This document shows positions 26,387 to 36,566 of a stretch of DNA of 64,000 nt, in pieces. The stretch spans positions 143,034,001-143,098,000 of the forward strand of contig OZ024741.1 in the NCBI GenBank assembly GCA_964016885.1, written 5' to 3'. How positions within the stretch are numbered: the stretch's first letter is position 1; the number at the start of each line of letters is the position of its first letter. The notes under the pieces were generated by a model, which made no database searches, was not told where the DNA came from, and saw nothing but the letters and a program-made list of their open reading frames with translations. The position numbers and the translations under genes are program-made. Source of the DNA: Eledone cirrhosa. Lineage: Eukaryota.

Positions 26387-26733
26387 CATCATCATTTCAT
26401 CATTTCATTTTACGTCCGCTTTTTCCCTGCTTGCAAGGGTGGGACGGGAACTGATTCTGGCTTGATTTCTACAGCTGGATGCCCTTCCTAACACCAACCT
26501 CATTTTACAGTGAGTGCTGGGTGCTTTTTTGCCGTGGCACCTCCACGACCACTTTGCAGTGGAATGATAAGGACCCCAGTCCCTATCACCTCATTTCTAC
26601 AGCTGAGTAAACTGGAGCAATGTGAAATAAAGTGTCTTGCTCAAGGAAACAACACATCACCCGGTCTGAGAATTGAACTCACAACTCTTTGATTGCAAGG
26701 CTAATGCTCTAACCACAAAGCCATGTGCCTCCA
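26387..26733 (-). mobile_element. Full-length tRNA-CORE SINE with RTE-derived 3' tail and 7-bp TSD
   Basis: TATAGAT at 26380-26386 and 26734-26740. On the minus strand: tRNA-like head, CORE-like ccttgagcaagacact...cagtttactcagctgtag, tail matching the RTE 3'UTR, and a (GAT)n end. Confidence 0.85.
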
Positions 26734-27102
26734 TATAGATATTTTACAAATATACTACTCACTAAAATAGAACTAGAGGTTTACAACTAGAACATATAAG
26801 TTCAATTACACTGCAATTGGAAATTTTCTGATTGGATTAAACCCTGAGATATCTTTTACCTATCTTGATGTGAACTATAAAAACATATTGAGCTTTAAAA
26901 ATTTTTCTTTGGCTTTATCTGTATATATATATATATAAATGGCTGCCTAAATATACACATTTCCCTCCCAAAGAAAAAGAAAAAAAAAGTGTATAATAAG
27001 CAGAATTTGAAAAAGTATACCCCATCTCAAGCACATGTATACTTTTGTATGGAAAAAAGCTGATACATACACACAAAACATTTGGGGTAAAATTACTTGC
27101 AG

Positions 27103-28055
27103 TAATAATTGTTTCTGTTTTAGGTACAAAGCCAGTAATTTTCTTTTAGGAAGGGCTCTATAAAATTGACCACAATATGTGACTGGTATTTATTCTATAA
27201 ATCCTAGTGGGAATTAAATCAAAACAAAGACAAGCAACTAAACCTTACCACTTTTGCCATCAATCATACTTAATAAAGATTTCTAATTTAGGAACAAGGC
27301 CAACAATTCTGTGTGAAGGAGATCAGTCCATTATATCAACCCTAGTACTTTATTTTACTGACTCCAGAAGGATGAGAGGCAAAATTGACTTAGGCAGGAT
27401 TTGAAGTCAGAACATAGACGGCTGTAATAAAATACTGCAAAGCTTTTCATCTGACACACTAATGACACTGCTGATCCACTGCTTTTCATACTTAATAATT
27501 CTTTCAAACATAGGCACAAAGCCAGCAATCTGAGAAAAGGAGAAAGTTGATTCTATTAACTGAAGTAGCTACCTTGTATTTTACTTTTATGTCCCTGGTG
27601 GGATTTGAACCCAGAGCATAAAGAGCCACCACAAATACTACTAAGTATTTCTCTGGTACCCTAACAATTCAGCCAATCCAATATGTTTGACTCCAGTATT
27701 TGATTGGTACTTTATTTTACCAAAGCCAGGAGCATGAAAGGTACAGTGGACCTCAAAGGGATTTGAACTAAAACTAAATACTGCTTGATACTCAAATTAA
27801 TCTACCAACCCACCACCCAGCTTAATAATAATAATAATTATTATTATTTCTACTTTAGACACAAAGTCAGTAATTTAAGGGCATGAGGAAAGCTGATTAT
27901 ATGAACGTTAGTTCTTTATTGGTTCTTTAGTTTATCAACCCCAGACAGATTAAAGGCAAAGTTGATCTTGGCAAGATTTGAACTCAGAATGTAAAGAGCC
28001 AGAATAAATACTAAGCACCTGCCCAACACTCAAACAATCCTACCAACCCACCACT
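27103..28055 (-). mobile_element. Head-to-tail array of about 5 old Nin/Deu-type SINEs
   Basis: Reverse B-box gatttgaa(c/g)(t/c) at about 27397, 27601, 27759 and 27974, with matching core and tail modules. Confidence 0.78.
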
Positions 28056-29133
28056 CAACTTGATGTTAATAATAATTAATAATAAAAACAACAAAACTAT
28101 ACAAACAAATAATTACATGAGAAGAAAGGATAGATGTTGCAGGAATGAGTGGGTGTAAATATGTGGGGAAAAAAAAAATTTTTTTTTTTGGATTGGAAGC
28201 AGAGTTCATACATACATGTTTTCTTACTGTCAGCCTGGTTCTTGTTTTTTTTTGTTTTTTTATTTGTTTTGTTTTGCATTTTTCCCCATTTAACCAGTAA
28301 ACTGTTTTATCACATTTACAGAACAAAAAAAAAAAAAAAAGTCGCTGGGTGTTTTCAATTCTTCCTCTTCTTTCTTCTCTCTTCTGTCTTCTTTCTTCTT
28401 TTATATAATTACTTTTCAAGTGGGGAGGGAGATTATTAATTAAAATTTTCTTTTTGAAAAAAAAAAAAAGAAATTTTTTTTTCATTTATTTAATAAAATT
28501 TTTGGATTTTCTTTGCTAGGTGACGGAAGTATCAGTGGAATTTTGTTGGTTTTGTTGGTTGGGGACTTTTGTTGTTTTTTGCTTCTTTCCTTTTTTTTTT
28601 TGATTTTGTAAAAATTTCAAACAAATATTTTTTATTTGTATTTTATTTTAAAAAATGTCCACTTTTTCAAGGTCTATTTGCTTTTGAATCCCTGAAAAAG
28701 TTTCAGAATCAAAGTATCAACTGAATAACATTCACAATGAGAGGGTAGAAAAAAAAGTTGGAAAAGGAAAAAGAGCTGGAGATAGAAAGTGATAGAACAA
28801 GAGAATAAGAAATAAAGAAAGAAAGAGAAGTAGAAAACATAATTTTAAATAATGTTTTGAAGGAGGAAAGAAAAAAACAACAACAAAAATCCCCAGACAA
28901 ACAGAGATAAAATACAATTTTCATTCGGCAGACTTTTTCTCCGAATTATATGGACACTCACTATTCATGAAAAGAAAGGCAAACAAGGCCTATGTGTGTA
29001 TGATTATCTATATATGTGTGTGGGTGAGTGTATGTATGTATGCATGAATTTGTGTGTGATTGGGTTTGCATGCAGGTGAAGATGTGTTTCAAGGTGTTAG
29101 TGTGTACTGCAGAAGCAACTGTCATCAATAATG

Positions 29134-30919
29134 CTACCACCCCATATGCCCTCCTTGATAGATGCCACCACCACCACTACTACCACCAGTGGAATTCATA
29201 GTACTTGGAATAGAGTGTGGTGGCAAGTTAGATGGTGTGCTGTTCAATACAGGTGGCATGGCTGGTCTGTGGTTGGGGTTACGTGGAGGAGGGGGAAGGG
29301 GAAGGTTGTGTGGTGCAATGGGTGTTGCCCCATGGTAGTTGGTCCTCCGCCTCATGCCTCCCCGAGGTGTGGCTACCATTCTAAATTGGGACTGGGTTGG
29401 GCGGGGTGTGGTGTCGTCCTGTCCGTAGGTGTCAAAATAGCTCTGCACTTTAGCTCGGAGGGAAACGGCACCATCACCTCCAGCAGCGCAAGCGCCAGCG
29501 GAAGTAGGCATGCCCTGACTGCTGCTAACACTGACAACTGGGGCCACACTGCTCGGAGGAGGGGGATGGTGTAGTGTCACATGCGTGGGTGGTGGAGGGT
29601 AACGCATGTCATCCAATGGGTAAATAGGTTGGCCTTTACCGAGTGGTGATGGGAAGGCCTTAGGGGTTTTCTCAAAGTCCACTTTTGAAGTGACAGTCTG
29701 TGTCGATCCAAAATTTACTTTGGTGGGCACCAGTACATCAGTAGCCAGACTGTCGAGAATGGCCTGCGATGTGACAATAGTACTGTTGCCTGTAGAACTG
29801 ACATTTATAGAGGAAACGGGGGCCGTATCTTGTGAGGACGGCGTTAGACCAGAGGAAATACTGCTGCTACTAGTGACGTTGTGGCCATAATCATGTCCCA
29901 CACGACTATTACTGTGGTAAATATTGTCCATATTGCTACTACTGTTCCGTGAATGCCCTCCGTCAGCTGACATGAGAGTGTTGTCATATTTTAAGACAGG
30001 TGTGGGCAACCCCATGTTCTGTGGTGGCAGCAACATCTTACCAAGGCCCAACTGGCTGCCAGGGTTACTGTCAGCCATGTCACTGGCCCCACATATATTG
30101 GCTGAGCTGCTGCTACTATTGCTGCTGGAGTTGCCATAGCCAGGCTCATCCTTACATTCTAACAGTTTAGAGTTCTCTACTAACCTCTGAGAGCAATTAA
30201 CTGCTCGAAATGGATTCCCCAACTGCCTGTCAAAGCTGTGAAAGCCAGGCGGAGGACTATGTGGAGTCTTCGGTGTTTGAGGCGTGACAGAAAAGCCATG
30301 TTCTGACTTCGACAAACAACCTTCGCCTTGCAACTGTTTATTAAGGCTCTCAAGCAGCTTTATTGTAGTTTTGTCACAACGTACATTCAGTTTTTTTGCC
30401 AAGTCCTCAACACTGAGTTCCCCTTGACTAGACTTCAGCATCTGGACAATAGACTGCAATTGCTGTGGATTGGGGGAGGATATTGTTTTACACTTTGTTT
30501 CGAAATCAGAAGATGATACAATGGAATCGTCCTTGCTGTCAGCAACTTCACCACTGGAACCCAGTGCTTCTTTGTTGCCGCTGTTTGTAAGCATTCTATT
30601 ATCTTTTATATGAGGTTCGGAACTAAAGCCCAGACCAGCTGGATCTTCACATTTGAGCCTTTCTGATATCATAGTATGACTGGGATTGTCTCTCGACATA
30701 TAAGAAGAGAAAGGCTTTGGGTTCTCACTACTACTACTACCACCACTGCTGCTGCTGCTGATAGGCAATCTACCTTTACAAGCCCCAATCAGTGGTGGAT
30801 TACCTTTGGGTTGCATGTTTATTTGGTGACTCATTTCTTGCTCTCTTTTCATAGCTTCTCGCAGACTCCGTTTCCGGTTCTTAATCCACATTTCATGGCA
30901 ATCTTGGTCCCTAGGAAAT
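29134..30919 (-). CDS. CDK12: CDK12/13 last coding exon: DCHEMW extension, basic cluster and Ser/Pro/Gly-rich tail
   Basis: Acceptor tttacAG (30920-30921). FPRDQDCHEMWIKNRKR follows, the frame stays open for about 594 codons, and it ends at TAG 29134-29136. Confidence 0.93.
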
Positions 30920-30968
30920 CTGTAAAGTTGAAAAAGAAATGTCAACAAAACACACACATATATATGAA

Positions 30969-31000
<32 letters not shown>

Positions 31001-31269
31001 CATTACTTCTGCAATACATCATGTATGATACTTCAACAATTTTGCAAATACACTACCGTAATAACAATAACAACCATTAGGATCAGTTAACAAAAACCTT
31101 AGTGTTATTTGAAGGAAATTGGCATTCCATCAAATACAACTACTTCGCAAAAATTTGCTTTGTTGGGAACTGCAAACATTCTGAGTAAAATGCTTTCCAT
31201 CTGAGGTCATTTAACTTGATTGGGAGATTAAATATCATCACCAGTTTAAGAACTGAGCAAACTTATAAT

Positions 31270-31430
31270 AATGGTTTCTGATTTAGGCACAAGGCCAACA
31301 TGATTTTTGGAAGGAGTCGATTAAATCAACCCTAATATAATTACTGATTTATTTTATTGACATCAGAAGGATGAAAGGCGAAGGTGACCTTCGGCAGGAA
31401 TTGAACTCAAACAATTCTGCCCATCCACTA
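31270..31430 (-). mobile_element. Nin/Deu-type SINE in the last intron
   Basis: ttaggcacaaggcc...ggatgaaaggc...ggaattgaactc. Confidence 0.75.
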
Positions 31431-31596
31431 GATTTCTAGCATTAGCACAGAGCCACATTTTATTATTGTGTTTTTCAAAGTAGAAGTGTAGTTGATGAGA
31501 CTGACCCAGAAAACAGTGTGAATCATAACAACAATAATAATGGAAAGAGAGAAAGAAAAAGAAGGAAGAAGTATATATAAAAAAAAGTCAGCATAC

Positions 31597-31728
31597 TCTG
31601 GTGGTGTAATTTTAGCAGGATCTACATCTTTGAGCCAGGCACAATTTAAAGCTTGTTCAGCACTGCACCGACGACTTGGATCTAGCTCTAACATACGGTC
31701 AAGCAAGTCTAAAGCAGGTTTTGGTAGG
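31597..31728 (-). CDS. CDK12: CDK12/13 exon H: end of kinase domain
   Basis: [43 protein letters not shown]; acceptor tttcAG, donor GTATGC. 132 nt. Confidence 0.96.
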
Positions 31729-32775
31729 CTGAAAATAGAAAAGAGTTAGTAAAACAACTGTCCATATGTGTGTGTGTTTACAATGGGACTATAACTCTAG
31801 ATTGAGTTGTAGGGGCGCTGTAGACATATATGCTATGACTTACGCATTTAAAACTAGTGGATCCCATCCCTCTTTAGGTCTGAACATAAGCCAATTTTTT
31901 AAATAGAAGAAAAGGGAAGGAAGAAGTAACTCCAGTACTGGACTGGTACTTTATTTATTGAGTTCAAAAGCAGGAAAGTTAAAATTGACTTGTGTGATTT
32001 GAACTCAAAGCGCAGAGACAGATAGTGTTTAACAATATTAAACACAATCTCTATGGCCAGAGCTTTCAAAACCTTTCATATCGAAGACACAATTTAAATA
32101 TATAAATTTAGTTTGCAACACAAAATTATCAAAATTACTGAGTAAATAATAAAAGAGCTTAATAAATTGAGAAATAACTTAGTATAAAATGCCAAGAAAA
32201 TTTAAAGCCCAAATATGTGCATAGATCAGTGGATATTAACAACAAACTCATCCAATAAGGTAAAAATCTAAAAATTGTATGAATGTAAAATCATAGAGCA
32301 AACAATTAAATATTCCATCACATCTCACCAATCACGTCTTATTGTAAGCAGAACTGTTATATCTTAAATATACTTCAAAGCCAAATATAGGTAAAAATTG
32401 ATCAGATTTGACTTAGATTGGAGACCTGCTGCGGATGGTGGGTACGGACCGACTCGGGAGCTACGAATCGTTACGGACCCGGATTTTCCAGGGCCTTCAG
32501 GGTATCACACACCAAAGGGTCACGAGATACATTGGTAACCTATTCCATGGTATCTGTCTGACACTTCAAGCATGATTCACTCCAACTTTTACTCTATCAC
32601 ATTCATGTTAACTCAAACATTTAGTTAGCTACATGTCTATGTTATCAACTTTTAAGTAAATAAGTTTGCCACATGTTAGTGTTATCACCTCAAATTTACT
32701 CAATTACATGTCTATGTTACTAACTCTTAACATCCTGTAATCATTTAGCAGAAAAGATCTAGATGTGAGTTTCTT

Positions 32776-33013
32776 AATTCAAATGGTTATAGTATCTTTA
32801 CTAGTGGATAGATTGTTGTGAAAATTTGCAATAAACTAAGTTACAATTTTTAATGTGATGCAGTGATAGTACTATTTTATACTTTTAACGTGGTTTGTCA
32901 ATTCAAATGTTTAGAGTATCTTTATTAGTGGAGAGATCAGTGAAAATTTGCAGTAAACTAAACTAAAGGCTTTAATATTTAATGTGATTCAGTCATAGTG
33001 CTGTTTTATATTT
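32776..33013. repeat. Diverged ~120-bp tandem duplication
   Basis: aattcaaatg.tta.agtatcttta.tagtgga.agat...gtgaaaatttgca.taaactaa...tttaatgtgat.cagt.atagt.ct.ttttata occurs twice (32776 and about 32899). Confidence 0.8.
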
Positions 33014-33127
33014 CTCAAGAATGTCTTGCTAATGTGGCACAAAATGTTAAGAATTAACTCAGACTGGTTCTCTATCCTTTTTCTCAAACATTCTCACATC
33101 ACATTGTCTACTCTTATGACTACTCAC

Positions 33128-33322
33128 AAGGAAAACTCTTCTCGCAGCCGTCGACGATACTGTTTCTTTGGTTTCATGGAGTGAAAGAGTGGCAGCTTTA
33201 TGACATCTGGCCACACAGCTGGACAAGCACAGCCACATGTACGGCTGATCAATTCCAACTGAGTGATTTCCTGACTAGCCTGGAATATGGGCTTCTTAGT
33301 AAACAATTCTCCAAGAATGCAG
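33128..33322 (-). CDS. CDK12: CDK12/13 exon G: kinase C-lobe
   Basis: [44 protein letters not shown]...RRRLREEFS; acceptor aacAG, donor GTGAGT. Confidence 0.97.
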
Positions 33323-33574
33323 CTGTTGGTGAAAAGAAAATAATGAAAAGCAATCATTAAACACAAATAAGAATAAATAAAAACAATAACATTATAGTTG
33401 AACACATGACAGAATAACTATATGCATCTATATATAAATTACACAACATAGACACTATATATATAAGAGAGAGAGAGAGAAAAAGAGAGAGAGAAGAATA
33501 TATACATGTATATGTAAAAGACGACTCAACAGAAAAACTATATATATATATATATATATCTAAGTCTAAAGTCT

Positions 33575-33830
33575 GTCTTAAGCCAGAAGGCTCATGTGGC
33601 CGGTGTTTATCACAGTTTCATAGTGTGAAGCAACCGAGAGTACAAGGCTCCTCCCTGGACAGGATGCCAGGCCATCGCAGGGTAAACCCAGCTGTTGTTG
33701 GTACTCATTTTCAGCTGAGTATACTGGAGCAATGTGATATGAAGTATTTTGCTCTAGAACACAACATGCAACCCAGGAATCGAACCCACGGCATTATGAT
33801 CATAAGTCCAACACCCTTACCACATGCCTC
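33575..33830 (-). mobile_element. tRNA/CORE-type SINE with tail type 1
   Basis: ctccctggacaggatgccaggccatcgcagggtaaaccc...cagctgagtatactggagcaatg...ggaatcgaaccc. Confidence 0.82.
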
Positions 33831-33854
33831 TACACACAAATACATATATATATA

Positions 33855-35968
33855 TCACCAACATTTTACGTCCGCTCTTCCCTGCTTGCAAGGGTGGGAC
33901 GGGTCTTATTCAGCACAGCATCTCTCCACTTGTCACGGTCCTTCGTCATCTCCACCGTGAGCTTCAGCGATCTGAGGTCTGTTCTCACCACGTCTTCCTT
34001 CAACTGGCATTTCCTGGCACTTCTTCACCCATCAATCATCCTCCATGTGCATCACATGTCCATACCACCTCAGTCTCCTCTCCCGTACACTACATTCTAT
34101 CCCTCTCAGACACAGTTTCTCTCTCAACACATTCATGCTGGGTTGTTCACGCACATTGACATTACACATCCAACGGAGCATGCTTGCCTCATTTCTCTCC
34201 AGCCGTCGCATATCCTCTGCAGTTGCTGCCCATGTCTCACTACCATGCAGCATCGCGCTCCTCACACAGGCATCATATAACCGGCCTTTTGTACGCAGGG
34301 AGAAACCCTTCTTCGTCAGCAGAGGAAGCAGCTCCCTAAACTTCTTCCAACCCGTCCTTATTCTAGATACGATGGCCTCGGAACACCCTCCTCCCATGCT
34401 AATCTGATCTCCTAGGTACCGGAAGCTATCCACCACTTCTATAGCACCCGCCTGCATTTGAAAAATGTGTCTATCAATGCGACTTCTACTGTCTAATTTC
34501 CCTGTACATGTACTGCATACATATTTCTCCCTACCTGTTAGTTTGCCTGCTATCCCACTACATCTCTTGTGTACGCAGGATCTGCATTGTGTGCATTTTA
34601 TAGAATTTATGCCAGTTCCTTTTCTGCATATCGAACATGGCCATTTCCCTAATGGAATCAGAGTTTCGTCCTCTTTTCTACTCATCAACACTTTTGTCTT
34701 AGCTAGGTTCACTCTCAGTCCTCTTACTTCCAACTGCTGTTTCCATTGCCAGAATTTATTCTCTAGCTCGTCTACTGATTCTGCTAAAAGAACCAGATCG
34801 TCAGCATAGAGAAGTTCCCATGGACAGCCAGTCTTAAACTCCTCTGTTATGGCTTGGAGGACTATAATGAACAAGAGCAGGCTGAGGACCAAACCTTGAT
34901 GTACTCCTACTTGTATCTGGAATTCCTCACTAAACTCCATTCCTACTCTGACTTTACTAACAGCACCTCTGTACAAAGTTTGCATTGTCCTCACAAGCCA
35001 TTCCTCAACACCTAGTTTCCTTAGGGACCACCAGATGACAGATCGGGGTACCCTATCAAAGGCCTTCTCTAGGTCAACAAAGGCTAAGTACAGTGGATTA
35101 TTCTTCTCTAAGAACCTATCTTGTAATTGTCTCATGAAGAAGAGGGCATCTGTTGTACTTTTCCCAGGCACAAAACCAAACCGCATCTCATCTAGTTTGA
35201 CCCTTTCTCTAATTAGTTGTGCTACCACTTTCATAACCTGATCCATCAGTTTTATACCCCTATAATTGCTCCTCTCCAGAGCATTCCCTTTACCTTTGTA
35301 GCAATTTATGAGAATACTGCTGCACTAGTCTTTGGGTATGACACCACCATATATAGCCTGATTGATGATGCGTGCAACCAGTTTAGTGCCTACGTCGCCT
35401 GATGCCTTCAGCATCTCAGCAACTATCCCCGACGGTCCAGCAGCCTTACCATTTTTCATTTCCTTAATCGTCTCTTGGACCCTATATTCGTCAATCTCAA
35501 TAGCTGGGTATGCCTTGGTATTTGACACCATCTGCCTGTCCCGCTGCCTAACTAGTAAGAAGTCAATCTGGCTTATGTGCTCGCCTGATTTGTAGGTTAT
35601 TAGGTGGTTGGCAGGTTTCTGGAAGTTAGTGTTGCAAATAGTCAGTGTACTTGCATCACAAAATTCAAGAAGTCTCACTCCTTAATTTCTTGAGCTGTAA
35701 CCGTGCCCACCATGTTCCCCAGTGTAACCATCCTGGAGCTGTCCAACATGACCATTGAAGTCCCTTGCTAGCATAACGATGTCTCCGTCTTCTGTCATTG
35801 CGGTTGTTTGTAAAAGTTGCTCGTAAAAGCAGTCTTTCTTTTCTTTGCCTAGGCCTGCTTGGGGAGCATAGGCAGAGATGATTGTCAGTAGTCTCCTGCC
35901 TACAACTAATCTAAGCTTAATTATTTGATTATTAACTCGAACTACCTCTATTGTCTTATTGATCCATC
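33855..35968 (-). mobile_element. RTE-clade LINE, decayed: partial AP endonuclease, RT and PHD insertion
   Basis: One reading frame 34032-35968 with two premature stops (35682 and 35325). Motifs SAYAPQ, DFNGHVG, SQIDFLL, NYRGIKLM, FGFVPGKSTTDA, FVDLEKAFDRVPR, GVHQG, LLYADD and RRLRWYGHV. RTE-type terminus at 33855-33905. Confidence 0.95.
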
Positions 35969-36323
35969 TATATCTATATGTGTATATATATATACACACA
36001 ATATAGAGAGGAAAAAACACAGGAGAGTGTGTTTTCATTTACAGGGAGTATAAGACCAATAGCATGAAAAACATAAACTACGAAAGGTTTGGGAAATGCA
36101 TTAAAATGAAATGACCCATCTTATAACTAAATCACACATGTACAGACTCACTAGAATACAGGGATAAATGAGAGTCCTTTACTCCGTTGTTTTACTTGAT
36201 ATATATACACACACAAACGCGCGCATATCATATCACATATATATATACTGTATATATAAGTGAAAAAATGTGAGGTTATATCCAAAATAGGTAGAGCACC
36301 CAATCAAAAGGACAAGTTCGGTA

Positions 36324-36484
36324 TAGAGTTAGTTCCACAACAAATTCACAAACTATACTTAAAGACATGTGTTTTACCCGAAGGATTATTCAACGTGTAT
36401 GGATAACCATAAATGTTGAATAATCCTTTGGATGAAACACGTGTCCATAAGTATGGTTGTTAATTTGTGGTGGAACTAACTATA
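36324..36484. repeat. Long fold-back palindrome, arms ~75 bp, 4-nt loop
   Basis: gttagttccac...ggattattcaacgtgtatgg ATAA ccataaatgttgaataatcc...gtggaactaac; about 12 mismatches by hand alignment. Confidence 0.93.
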
Positions 36485-36566
36485 TACTGTATATATAGAT
36501 ATAGTTCTAATAATAAATTCAAAGACTAAAAAATCCATGGAGGACTCAATAGGAACTGAATATAAC

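Noticed and set aside
29131-29574. 147-aa plus-strand ORF and other short plus ORFs to 31080
   Set aside because: Antisense shadows of the GC-richer last CDK12 exon, with no independent motifs.
32058-32540. GC-rich patch in intron G-H as a possible cryptic exon or regulatory island
   Set aside because: No in-frame exon with good splice sites was found; the ends resemble a decayed hAT-type MITE but the TIR/TSD evidence is too weak to call.
35325-35327. TAG at a conserved Trp (PKDW) in the sense-oriented RTE, repairable in principle by A-to-I editing
   Set aside because: TGG-to-TAG is an ordinary mutation, and the copy also has a TAA, an internal deletion and a truncated C-terminus, so rescue would not give an active element.
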